NCBI GenBank assembly: GCA_965637545.1
Contig: OZ281498.1
Location: 5,084,001-5,148,000 of the forward strand
Reading direction: 5' to 3'
DNA length: 64,000 nucleotides
Source: Phallusia mammillata
Lineage: Eukaryota
The stretch's first letter is position 1. The number at the start of each line of letters is the position of its first letter. Below the pieces are notes generated by a model, which searched no databases, was not told the origin of the DNA, and worked only from the letters and a program-made list of their open reading frames with translations. The position numbers were made by a program, and so were the translations under genes. Below are positions 48,686 to 61,500 of this stretch, one piece after another.

Positions 48686-50401
48686 ATGATGTCCACCGTT
48701 TTACAAGTGATTGGCTTCATACTTGGAATTCTTGCTTGGGTTGGAATGATAGGAACGTGCGCCTCGCCGGAATGGAGAAAGAACAGCAACGGGCAGACAA
48801 TTATAGACAGTACTTTGAGGTATGAAATGGTAACATATAGTACATAATTAGTAACCTAAAGAAATGGATAGCACGGTTTGGAAACTGGATCGTTTTATGG
48901 ATGTACGTTGGCAAAAAAAAACATCTTGCAAGTATTGGTGCCCTAAAAATTGCTTTCTAAAATGTCGACTATTAGATTGAAAGCCGCTTTTTGTTACGTT
49001 TGGTTTCAAACAAATTTGTTATTCAATCGGTGTGATGTACTACTTGTTTTTCAAGAACAATTGGTTTTAACATGTGTTTTTGTTACACAGGATCCATTGC
49101 CGACTAAACCTAAAACGTGTGGTTAACTTTAAATTAACAATTTGCTGCACAAACGCATGTTGTTTACAATGTCGTTTATATTGCTACTTATAAGAGTAAT
49201 TTTCTTGTGTAGGTATGACGGTCTATGGATGAAATGCAAAGCTTTTGTTACTGGGCAAACGCAGTGTGATTCATACAATGCCGTGTTCTTCGGTTTGCCA
49301 GGTAAAGAAAGTTTGGACATTCACTTTAACGTTTTTGGAAACTTGGGTGCCAAGTTTTATGGGTATTACCTATTCAATAGCGGAAAACGCATGTTTAACG
49401 CTGCCTAATTACGCAAACTGCAGAGATTTCTTTAAAGGGAGCTAGGGCCGCGGCCGAACGGTAAAATCAATACATCTGCTCATAAATTGAAAATGCACAT
49501 AGCCACCGAACGAGGAGCGGGTTGCATGAACTCGCCAAACTCATAAGCGAACCCAGAGCAACAACAACTGTCAAAGTATATTTTTCTTTAAAAGTTTTTG
49601 TCGCAAAATCAATTTTGATCTGCCAGCGATCTGAAGTAATTCAGTGCTTAACGGTAACTTGAAACGATTTCCCTTAGCGTCATTCGCATCCATTATTGAT
49701 TCGAAGAGTTTTAATGCCGTAAGATGCAGTAAAGTTTAATGAGCCGCTGGCCCAATTGGCCCAATGAAGTTTATTAATTGTTGACGAGGTTGCACTTAGG
49801 CCGCAAACTTCAACACTCGAAAGCTGTGTTCCAGGAAGCGTCAACAAAGAGGACAAACTTTATGTTAAAACGTAGCCGACACATTGGTACGAAGTTGCAC
49901 TAACAAACTCATTTATTTTTTTTTGAAATTTAAACAATTGCAGTAAATATTAATTCTCTTTTTTTCACATGTGTGATATCATGCCCCGCGCTTAGTCCGT
50001 GTGATAAAACATCTTGTCAATTTTGCTACTGAAAATTCATCATTAGCACGGAGTAACATTGCGGCAATGTTTAGTTGACGTTTGATATTTTCACGGACCG
50101 GTGTCATATTTCGCTTGTGCATGCTAATCGATATCTCAGTAAGCTCGGCCCAAATGGACGCACATAGGCGACAGTATGACCTGCAAATAAAACGTCCAAT
50201 GCATCAAATGATTTTATTTCGTTTTGTATTTTACAGAGGTCCTCCAGATATGCCGGGCTTTGGTAATTACCTCTATTGGCGTAGGCTTCATCGCTATTCT
50301 TGTTACTATCTTCGGGTTAAAATGCGTCAACGCAGGTTGCGGTAGCGGCCGTGTAAAACCAAGAATATCTTTAATTGGAGGATTGTTGTTCGGTATAGCA
50401 G
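48686..50401 (+). CDS. Claudin, shared N-terminal exons 1-3 (48686-48819, 49213-49301, 50237-50401): TM1, ECL1, TM2
   Basis: MMSTVLQVIGFILGILAWVGMIGTCASPEW...YDGLWMKC...TGQTQC..LQICRAL...GLKC carries the claudin W-GLW-C-C signature. Ends in a phase-1 donor at 50401. Confidence 0.93.
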
Positions 50402-51069
50402 GTAAGTCTGATTACGAATCCATTCTGTTTTCAAGTAAAAGTCATCTGTTGTGTTTGTCCAAAGCATGAAAGGTGCTGGTGTGTAGGCTGCTAATGCATG
50501 GAGGTGAAATAGTTCATCAGTTATTGGCATGTCATTCATTTGCTTAAATATGGGCTGGGCCTTTCTTCAAATGAGTGGAATTTAATAGCCTTCAGCGCAG
50601 GATTACTCAAAACCTGGTTGCTTTTAATTGGAGGCTTTATTAGGCCTTATGTGCGCTTTCAGTGTTTTGACTTTTATTTATTTTACAGCCGTTTTGAAAT
50701 ATCAACTCACTTGTCACAAGAGGGTATTAATGCAAGTAACAACATTGAAAACATTTTAATGCTCACAAAATACTTTTTATTTTGGCCGCAGTTTTTTGGT
50801 TTGTTTTTGGGCTGGTTTAGATTAAAGTTCTTCACCCCTTTAGCCACAAACGTCTCTTTGTTTTGATGACCAAAAGAAAACCAAAAACGTTTCCAAACGA
50901 TTGTTAATTAACCATTCATGGTATTGTTAAGCAATTTGTTGTAATATTTTCTGATTACACCGCTAGTAAAGACTCCTACACTAAATAAACAGCGAAACTC
51001 TTCATAAAGAAACCATAAACGTTTCAAAGAAACTATAACAAGAGTTGTACATTCATTTTACGAAATTAG

Positions 51070-51386
51070 GACTTTGTACTGGAGGTACAGTCTATTTCGC
51101 TTATCAATGGTCATCGCAAGACGGCTACAGTGTAATGAACGGATTTTACGTGGCCATGGGTACAGCTTTTGATGCTTTGTTGGCATCAGCTCTTCTCATC
51201 GCTGGGTCACTCTCATCGTGTTCCAACGCAAAGGAGACAATTAAATCACAAGCATATTCCTTCCGACGAAGATCGGTAAACTTACTGACCCGTCGTGAGG
51301 ATCGCCGGGACTGTATTGCCGATAACTCCAAACCTAGTCGAATTCGCGGAGCTCAGAACCCTGTGTGCATCACAGATTATGTATAG
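51070..51386 (+). CDS. Claudin alternative terminal module A (TM3-ECL2-TM4-tail, ends -DYV)
   Basis: ttag| phase-1 acceptor; GLCTGGTVYFAY...LLASALLIAGSL...ITDYV-stop. Confidence 0.75.
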
Positions 51387-51697
51387 AAAATGTTATGATA
51401 CCTTAATAGCCTGTAGACTGCTGTTTTTTTCCAAACGCCATTACCTCCCTTGGCCCCACCCCATCCAACAAATCAAAGTGTGCAAGCCACTAGTCCCCTC
51501 ATAAATATTTTATTACTATAGTCGCATTTTATCTTTTGCTTGTGGCTTCTTTGACTTTACTAACCCCATTCACTCGACATTGACTAATATTGCATCGCTG
51601 AAGCACGAAGTTTCAGACTTGTATATCGTACCTTAGAATTTTAGATAGCTGCACATATTATGCAACACACGCGTACTCAGCATATATATTACGCAAG

Positions 51698-52158
51698 GCA
51701 TTCACTGTGGAACAGCAGCTTGGGTTTTCGCGAAGTGCGTGAACGAAAATTGTCTTGACATCGAGCAAATCACTGGGGCACGCTTTCCTCCACGCGGAAC
51801 AACCATCGGGAGGGGGATCTATTTGGGTTGGATTTCAGCAGCTCTGTCGTTTTTATCTTGTTTATGTTCACTACAGCTTTGTCACAATAAAGAAGTATCT
51901 GTATCCCTAACCCACTATGAACCACGAAACAGTTTACCTATGGGTACTTATTATACACACCACTTGTCCTCTGTGTCAAATAATAGTTGCGTTGGGAGCG
52001 CTTTAAAATCAAACCCTTTGGCAACTTGCCAGACTTTGACTTCAAATGGTCTGGATAAATGGCTAACCCTAGCTGGTTCCATGTCAACAATGAGCGACAG
52101 CAGTTCTAATGTGAACGTGGAAGTATTTTCGCCCTACCTTTGTACTACCCGTGTTTAA
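51698..52158 (+). CDS. Claudin alternative terminal module B (ends -TRV)
   Basis: caag| phase-1 acceptor (weak pyrimidine tract); GIHCGTAAWVFAK...GRGIYLGWISAALSFL (claudin TM4 motif)...CTTRV-stop; AATAAA at 52267. Confidence 0.7.
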
Positions 52159-52676
52159 CTTTATATATTTTTGTGCATGTTTAATGTTTTGCATGTTTTC
52201 TGTTGGTGTGATCTGTTTGTGGTGTTGTATATTTTTCTGAATTTGACTAATTTTATACTCGTGCGCAATAAATCGTAAAAAATTACAATAACTAGTGCAT
52301 ATTCATTAAATATAACGATGATTAATAGTGGTGGTTTGAATCGGTGCTTCTAAAATTCGGCCAGACACTTGAGGAGCTATATCTAATTGGCTTGCCATTC
52401 ACTTAATCTAAAACCTACTGAATTGCTTAAACACTCGCAAATTGAAAGCATGTTATGTTGTCGTCCGCTATCGATCGGCGAATTTGCTTGATTAACTAGC
52501 TCCCCGCCCAGGTCCGTTTTCAAGTCTCTGGAGAACCTGCAAATGTAATGTTATTGTTGCAAGCCAACTGTCACTGTCTGTCGTTGGTGTAGCCTCACCT
52601 CACGTGCAAGCTTGCGCGAGAGCGGCGTTGTTTGCATCTGACATAAAACTTACATAGTTTAAAATTTACCCTTTAG

Positions 52677-53370
52677 CCGCCCTGATCGGAGGCGCCGTGT
52701 CGTACTATGCGCACGGCGTTGTCCAGGAGTACTACAACCCCATATTGGAGGACAAAAGGCCCAAATTCCTTCGTTTAGAGTACGGATATGCTTTGTTTAT
52801 CGGTAAGTTTAAGCGCATATATGTCAATAAGTACGTGTGATTTGACACAGTAATATCAGGTTATTATCTCTTCCAGGTTGGGCAAGTTTAGTCGTTGGCA
52901 TTCTCGGAAGCGTCCTTATTTGTGCGGCTAGCATCACTATGTTGGTAAAACATAAGCCACAACCACATACCACCCATGTTCACGAGCTTAGGCCTTTAAG
53001 CATCGTACCAAACCCGACGAAATTGGATCCAGTACCCGTGCAAGTTTACCGCGCCACACCGCAGTCCTCCGGCAGGCAAGTAAGAATTCAGAAAAATCCA
53101 ACGGCTTCTTCATCCCACAACGGAACGGACAGACCGAGAACAAGCTCCGGCTCGTCCACAAACAAATCTTCCACATTAACTCAAAACGCCAAGGCCGCAC
53201 ATCATCCACGCCACAACCATCATACACACCAACATCATGGTACTGTACCACGCGAAAGGGCCATCGCGGTAGATCAAAACTCATCGAGGTCTAGGCGGCG
53301 TCGAAGCTACGACGAAGAGATGCCCAGGCGTTCGCGACCGGCAAGAGGACAAATAAAGCAATATGTGTAG
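52677..53370 (+). CDS. Claudin alternative terminal module C (exons 52677-52802, 52877-53370; ends -QYV)
   Basis: ctttag| phase-1 acceptor; AALIGGAVSYYAHGVVQEYYNP...LEYGYALFIGWASLVVGILG (canonical claudin TM3/ECL2/TM4); long His/Arg/Ser-rich tail; QYV-stop. Confidence 0.88.
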
Positions 53371-53979
53371 CAATACAAAAGGGCCAAATGTCATGATCAA
53401 TACCTGGTGTATGGGAGCAAAATTTAGCTCCTAGGTTTGTACACCACAACCTCAATTTTTATGCAAACCAAAGTGGAGTAAAATTACATTTGACTCCGGA
53501 CACCTTACCAGTGAAAGTGATTTCCACACAAACAAACATTATCACAAATCATGCCGTAAAATATTTCAGACATAAAAAGTTTCTATTCCATAACTTAAAC
53601 AACCACGGGTCTGAAACTTATGTCAGCATTCTGTAACATGCGTTGCCTGCCCTGCCTTGTGTATTTAAATACGTTTTATCACTTTCTAGCAAAATGTGCA
53701 TGCTACACAGCTGGCTGTTAAAAGAATGAAAATCTTTTGAAATCCATAACCTATTTTTCAGTCATCCATGCCAAAATAAGGGTAACAATTGATTTTGACC
53801 CTGCATGTCAGTCCAGCAATCTAGAGAAAATCTGAACATTTATTGAAAAAAGGCACCAGAAAGTAAGAAAAATGTTTACATAGTAAACAACTCATTGAGA
53901 CCTAGGAGATTTGGACCATCTCGTTTCCCTTTTACTTTAGGTTTTTTTTTACTCCAGTTTTGTGCACATCTTTACCATT

Positions 53980-55066
53980 TCTACTTTTTTCCTGCTTGAT
54001 TCTCACACAATAAAGTCTCAAAATGTTTGCTTTTGTAGGTATCATGTTGGCAACCCATCACTGGTGTCATACCTTTGCAAATTTTGCAGTTGATTGCTTA
54101 GCCTTTTTCACAAATAGTGGAAGATTATACTTGTATTCAGCTGCCTGTAAAATGATCATTCAACATGAGGTTCAAGACTTTAAATGGCATTAAAAACAGA
54201 AATTTTTAAGAGGATGAAACACAACAATCAACACTCTACAATGCCACATCCACCAAACTGTCCAAACTTCAATCAATTGGAATATTGTTTTAAAACTGTA
54301 CCTCTTAATCATTGGATGCTAGTGGGGTTAAACTAATAAAATACCGAACCACAATGACCCAAACTAGTTCTGTAAAATTGTCCCAATCAGCTGCTATTTA
54401 AAATTTTTGACCATTATAGGCATTTTGGGCAACAACTAGTCACAGGTTTGAGGTCATCAGGAAGGTTTATTTTATATATGCTCAGTTGCACTTGAGAATA
54501 GATCACAGAAACCAGAAAGCCTACTATATAGTCAAGAAAGCCTACTATATCAGCCATAAGGGGGTCATCTGGGTTTGGTTCATTCATGAGAAGTTGAAGG
54601 GATGTAAGAACAGAACTTATGTTTAATGAAGGCTTCCAAGAACCCTGTTGATGAAAAAACAACAACATTGAAACCAATCATTGTGGCAAATAAAAAACAA
54701 AACTACCTGTGGTGGGCTTTTTAATATATCCAGGCAAATTCTACCATTTGAATCAATGTTTGGGTGATATATTGGTGTTTTAAATTGCAACAAAGGTGGC
54801 TCAAATGGATAACGATCTGGTAGAATGATATCAATAGAAAATACTCCATTTTCATATGGTGTCCCTTCACACCCAATAATCTCTGTGGTAAATAACATTT
54901 TTTTAATCAAATGTATCTGATTTATGTGAAAAACATACATATTGACAACATACATACGTGCTTTTAAATGAAATTTGTCAGGCTCCTCTAGCCAGCAGGA
55001 AATGCATGGTGGAGGATGTGTAGTCAGCATTTGAATCTCTCTCTTTAGCCTAAGTGTCCTTTGCAT
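53980..55066 (-). CDS. UBE2T: Ubiquitin-conjugating enzyme E2 T; exons 55066-54958, 54882-54707, 54644-54546, 54144-54073, plus an unresolved short last exon near 54000
   Basis: [10 protein letters not shown]...GTPYENGVF...YPFEPP...[62 protein letters not shown]. Stop position uncertain. Confidence 0.9.
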
Positions 55067-55638
55067 GTTTTACTGTTTTCGCCTGATTAGCAAAGTTGCA
55101 AGCCAACTGCCACTGTCTGAGACTAGCAAAGACCGGTCAACTTTGCGTTATTTTGTTGGGATTGGTTTCGATTGAATACACCCAACGACTCCACAATTTC
55201 AGTGACAAGGTAGAGGAAAGTGACGTGTGGGGGTTTTCCCTGTTTGCGTATAGCGTACGCTCTATTAAACGTGTTTTACAGTCTTTGGTAACCGTAATTT
55301 GTACTATAAAAGACAAACTGCTTTTGCTTCAGATGTTAAGGTTTGATCGGATACGCATGAATGCTGCTATTTATTTTTTGCTGTAAACAAACCGTAGTTT
55401 GTAGTTTGAACACTCTCATCGTCAGGTTGCTGGTTTTGCGGTAAAGCGGATGAGTCTTATTATCACTCGTTTTAACATCTAATTTTGTATGAAAAGTAAT
55501 GTTTATGTTAAAAACCTCATTGGTTCTTTATGGAAACCTTTTGCATGAAGCGCAAGTCGCCACAACCCAAAAACTTCCGCCGCGGCGTCGCACTTTGGAC
55601 ACCATGGCATAAACAAAACATGAAAAAGCTGAACTTTA

Positions 55639-56403
55639 CAGTGCCGGCAAAAAAATCTTTTCATTCGGTTGGCAAAAAAAAATTACATGTAAATTCTGCA
55701 TAAGTTCTTAGCTTACTGTTTCCGCCAAAAGCATTGTGTTGCAAAAACGCTTCTAGTTATGTCATAAGCTACTGTTTGGCTACACTTTGCCGCAAAGCCA
55801 TTGCTCTGCGTGCCTAATGTTGCTTTACAGCTTCGTGATTAGTAAGGTCGGTGAAATCACACAATATTTTTTATATTCCTAAAATTTCGAGGTCTTGCAA
55901 AATTTTTTTTAAGCACTAAAGTGGGTCGATAAAAGATTCAAATGGAAGAAAAATCTTGTGCCTTGACTTTGTTAAAGAAGGGAGATTCTTTGATTGCTGC
56001 ACTGAGCATGGGCTTCTTTGCTGCCTGGCGACATGGTAGCTAAAGATCCTTCTAAAATCGATGACGATTGTCCTGTTTAAAACGTTGTGGAGAAGCTCAG
56101 GGTGCTTGTTTTTGTACTTCAACGGCGGTTATAGATGGATATGAGGTTACTTCACACTTCAAAAGCTTACCCGTACTTGGCGAAGTCTTCTTAGGTGCGC
56201 CAGAACCTGAATTTCTCTTCTGAACCATCCCGTGTGGCAATTACACCGCTGACCTTTTAATTGATAAATTGCCTCTTTTGAGACCCCTCATATCTCTGGC
56301 TACAACAGTCACAGAATCTCCATTCTCTAACAAAGTCAAGGCATAAGGTTTTTCTTCCATTTGCATCTTCTTTCGACCCATTTTCGTGTTTTTGCCGGCA
56401 CTG
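55639..56403 (-). mobile_element. Tc1/mariner derivative with disrupted transposase N-terminus
   Basis: TIR cagtgccggcaaaaa at both ends, TA TSD. Minus strand from 56381 reads MGRKK..EEK..ALTLLENG...GSGAPKKTS...LLHNV..RTI...LPCRQAAKKP with stops and frameshifts. Confidence 0.88.
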
Positions 56404-58199
56404 TATATAGCGAACAAACACAGTTGAATAGCAGTTGAAGCAAGAGCATTCCACTTTAGCCTATACTTCAACATGGTATCATTTTTTACTTTAGTTTTAA
56501 TTCTTACATTAACAAATAACCAATCTGGCGATCACACTCACAAGCTGGCAAATAATCAAGTCTTTTAAAAAAACATTTTCAAAACATTTGTGGTGGATCC
56601 CAAATATTTTAATGGGCTACTATAATTTATAGGACGATCCAGCGCCACAAAACGCCAGTTTAGACAACTACGTTTTCCCAGTATAGCCTATACCTGGACA
56701 GGAATATATACTCAAAATAAATGATACGTGTTTGTTGCATATAACCCCTACCACTAAAATTGTACAGATTAGCATCTATAATCCAAGTTTTAAATACTAT
56801 CGTTTAAAAAATAGCTCAAAATTTAAATTGCCTCAATTCATTTTCTTGTTTAGTCGGCAGCTGATTGTTGGTTGATGCAAAAAAACGTAGGCTATGCAAT
56901 TTTACCTTTGAAAAACTCCATAGATACCGGTAATTGAGTAGTGGGAATAGTCGCGATACGGCACTATAATAGTCGGCGTGATTTTTACTTTTTTTGCCAA
57001 GGGGCTATAATGGTAATTGGCACCACATTTTTAAACGATTTCTAAACTTTAGAAAGTTGATCGGGCGATAGTTTTCTATGTACAAATGGGATTTTTCTGG
57101 TTTACGGATAGAAATTACGACACCCTATTTGTCTCAAAAACTACACCAGCCTCGAAAGCATGGCTGCGTTAATTAGTGTAAAGTTCATATTATTCAAGAA
57201 AACTTTGATCCCGCATAACAATTTTTGGTGGTCATAGTTTACCTTCGAAAGCGTTTGTCTCATCCAATCTTGGAAGCATTCCCTAATGTGAGTGTAGCCT
57301 ACTAATTTTTTACTTTTGATGGTGCAGCATTTTTTTGCTTGTACTAACGTTGTAAATTAATTGTTTTTTTATTGTATTTTTCGACAATCAGGCGGCAAAT
57401 TGTCGAAAAAATTAATTGTTTTGAAGCCCTAAGGTAATCTTGTATTGCGTTTTACTTCTGATATTAAATTTAGTGTGGTTATGGCCATTTTCTCCATTCT
57501 ACGCACCTCAGCGATCCACTTTTTAGTTTTTTTCGACAATTTTCGCGTCTTCTTTCAAGCACGTTTTCATTCCAGTGGCACTATGCCTGAATGCGTGCTA
57601 AGATCAAATTGAACTTGTTAGTGTACTTGATTGTGTAGTTCGTGTGTGACGCTTACAAAGCCAAGACGACTTCGGGGCGTTTTTGTGTGTCGATGTAGTG
57701 TTTTGATATTGGATGTTTAATGCGAAACCCGTGGTATAGATTAAACTTATCCATTGGTTGAAAATGCTTGTTTTGTGTTACTCTCCCATTAGTTCATACA
57801 ATTAAAATCGCCATCTAAAGAAAATATTATGGTACATTACACAGAATTGAAACACGATGCTGGAGTGTGCACTTCCTGCACAAACATAGCCAAATATAAA
57901 TTGGGTTAAAAACAACAATTCGATAGTTTTGCAACCCAGCGACGTTATAGGATTTTGTAATGTGGTACATTTAAATACGATTTACACCTATATCACTATC
58001 GCATTTGCATAAATACGACATGTCGGACCATAGCTGACATCCTTTGCTTTCCAACCACAATGTACACGTGCGTAATTGGCAATATGAACACAATTAGGCA
58101 ATATTAACACAAATAGCTGTAATGGTAAATTTTGGGATAGCATTAACTGTTTTACTGACACTAAACATTGAGTACATTTTGCACTGCGTTTGCATTCGC

Positions 58200-58535
58200 A
58201 TGTTCTCTCGATCGTCGTATTGGTGTCCGGATTTGTGTTTTTTTCTCCGCCACGCCGCTCTTTTCGCCACATTTCGGCAAAATATTGGTATTCAAGCTGA
58301 GACTTTAGCTCGGTTGTGTTCCCCCTTGATTCGTTCTTGTGGCCCAGACGGAGCTTGTTCTCGGCCTGTCCTTTCCGTTGTGGGACGAAGTAGCCATTTG
58401 ATTTTTCTGTATTTGGACGTGCATGCAGGAGGATTGTTGGGTGGCGCGGTAGACTAGTACGGGTACCAGTAGATTAGTACGGGTTCCAATTTGGTAGTAT
58501 TTGGTACAATGCTTAAGGGCCTGAGAAACATTGCG
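58200..58535 (-). pseudogene. Inverted degenerate duplicate of the claudin module C tail exon
   Basis: Minus strand encodes RPLSIVPNTTKLEPV...VYRATQQSS..VQIQKNQMATSSHNGKDRPRTSS, versus RPLSIVPNPTKLDPV..VYRATPQSS..VRIQKNPTASSSHNGTDRPRTSS at 52990-53160. It carries a 20-nt frameshifting duplication and an in-frame TAA at 58307. Confidence 0.85.
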
Positions 58536-58591
58536 TCATTAAACAATACATGACCTGTACTTGCAGTAATTCAGAGTTTGAACTGTGAAAG

Positions 58592-61500
58592 TCAACTTAT
58601 AGAACATCGCTTCTTTGGTTGTGCAACTTCACGAGGCCTCCCACCACTGCTTGCTGCAGTTGCTTTTGGTATGTCTGGAAGGCCACCAATGTGGCGTTTC
58701 TGCAAAAATAACCAACTTCTGACACTACACTCGGTCAAGATTAACCAAGTTTTAACACCTACACAGATACAATCCAAGCACAAAAATCAGAAAGAGAATG
58801 TTTGGCGTTTTGACCACAGATTTAAAATTTAAATTTATTTATTTACAGTGCACAATAAAAAAATTCTATGGTAAACAAAGTGAAGAAAAGGTTAGCAAAG
58901 TGAATAAATTATGGCAATAGTGTAAGAGGATGACATAAGATATAACATAGGTCACAAACAAACTCTGGTGCAAAACTGGCATGCAACATGTATTGGTTAT
59001 AAAGTATGAAAGTCATGCAAATATTTCAAAGAACCAGACACTAGATGCGTTTCTACTGATGAAATTACACCTTTTTAACTGTTTTGTTAAGGAATAACTA
59101 CTTACCCATTTGAAGTTAGCTGTTTGCAAAGCTTTTGCTCCTACAACTGTAATAGCACACCTAAAAACATCAAGGTTTTCAAGATTGCTCAAACAATCGG
59201 CCAGAACAATTGCACCCTCATCACCAAACCTGTTGTCTCTTAGATTCAAATAGACCATCTGTAAATATACATGCAGTTTTGTCAGGTTAAATTCAATGTA
59301 ATTTGTGACATGTGTGCTGTGATGCATGTTTTCTATTTATTTTAAACAACAACAAAAAGACAAAAACAAATGAAACCAACGACAGAAGAAAATATGATGA
59401 GAAAAATGGTTGGGGATTTAAAAAAGCGAATTATTCCACTGAACCTTAATCTTCTTTAAAATTCGTGGTTCAGCCATTGAAATTCAACAAACCAAAGCTT
59501 TGGTACATCACTGCTACCACCATTCAAACACATCGTCTATCGAATATGGTTTGTCACATAATGTGATGATGAAAATGATATTGTGTGTGCCTTTCCCACA
59601 AAAATCTTGTAACTTAACAAATGCAACTACTATCGACTTTCAATCAGAGCATGAACAATTCACAAAACATTTTTCCTCCAACATTAGTTTTGTGGTTCAC
59701 TTTCACAATTGGAAACTTAAAAGTAGCTTTCTCACTGAGTGGTCCATGTCAAGGATGGCAGCAACCAATGCTCGCAAGCAAGTGATGGTCAAATTACATT
59801 TACACAACAACAGTTGACGAATGTTGTTGATACAAGACAACACAAGATTGACACCAATCGACTCAATGTTGTTTCCTCCCACACCAAGGATATTCATCTG
59901 CAAACAGATTGGTTGAAATTCGAACCATCTGCTGTGGAATTTGAACCTACAACAGGGGTTTATCTTGGGCTGGCTTTTGAGCTAAGTAGGTATATGTGGG
60001 GATGGCTCTTGAGCTTAATCTTAAAAATCACACACACTTGCAGGGTTTGGATGGTGAGACAAATTAGATTGGTACTGTTTTTTTATTAATTTATTATTGT
60101 ATTTATTTTTTATTTATAATTTATTAATTTATGCTCAGAATAGTATTAAAAACAAAATCTCTAGAATGAAAAAGAAAATGGTGACCACAAACATATAAAG
60201 AGCAAAACCCTAAATGTGCCAACCAAAAATAAAAACATGAAAACTTTTTTTGATATGTAAAAAATCGGGTTAACATTAGTAGTAGTGATGGGACGGGTAC
60301 CCAGTATCGATGGTATCGAACGATTTCAGTGGTTTCGATACTCGTACTCGGTATCGAAATATTTTGCCTCAGTTTTCGATACCAACGTGCGAGTACCAAA
60401 GGCCGATTTACACCATAAGAATACGGGGAACTTTATGCCAATATTTGCTTCGGACAGCACAAAACTGGAAAAAAGTTCCGCCAGTTTACGCATATCTTTT
60501 TCGCTATCACGTGGAGATTACATTTTTCGGCATGTGTGTGTGCACGCCTGTACCCCGACCATGGCAGATAAATTAGCCAGTGATATACAACTAAGTACAA
60601 CACTACACCTAAGTACTCGATAATCGTACTCGGTACTCGGTATCGAAGGTATATACATGTGGTACTCGTACTCGGTATCGGTACTCGCTTCAAAACCTGG
60701 TATCGTCCCATCACTAATTAGTAGCTTACTGGTTTTTGCCGCTTGCTGATTTCATGGCACAGTTGTTCAAGACCATCACCTGTGACTGAACAACTATCCA
60801 AACCCAGCCCATCAAGTTTATGGACACCAGATGCAAAATTGTCCAAAGCACTCTTTGACATCACATTTTCACTGAAATTCAACCAGATCATCTACAAATC
60901 ACCAAAATGCATATGTTATCTGATAAATATCTGCATTGTTTAATTTCTGTCAAAAATACTTATCCTAATGAACAACGCTAAATATTGGCACACAATTACT
61001 TTTTTCATTGCTTTTGTTACAACAATACTGTTATGTAAACTAGCAATCTATTTGCATTGGCATAAAGGAGCTTAATTATTATTATTTTTCTAAACACATT
61101 GGAAGTTAAAAACAACAAAGTAGCATTGCAATTGTTTATGAAGTTTCGTTAAAAACTATGTGATTGGAACTATGTTGTATCTTGTTACATAAAACCTAAC
61201 AAACTTCAAAAGTTGTGTTAAAAAGGAATGTTAAAAAGTTAAACACAACAAATGTTACATTTGTATCTCGTTTTGTTGTGGCTTCTGCTATTGCATTGAA
61301 ATCTTCCTCTTGCAAGTTGCAACTATAAAGTGATAATACTTGCAACATGTGCATGGATTTAGCCACATACTTCCCAATACCATCGAGTTTGTTGCTAGAC
61401 AAGTCAAGAAAAAGTAACTGTAAGACACAAATATGAAATTTGAAATTTTATAAAATGTAAAATGACCCTTTGCATTTTGTGAAGATTGTGTTATTGATTA

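Noticed and set aside
51698-53370. Modules B and C as separate tandem claudin genes
   Set aside because: Only about 310 bp and 520 bp separate the modules, and I found no TM1 or W-GLW-C-C coding exon in those gaps.
57988-58457. ORFs 57988-58272 (-) and 58122-58457 (+) as novel genes
   Set aside because: They overlap the degenerate claudin-tail duplicate and are better explained as open frames within it.
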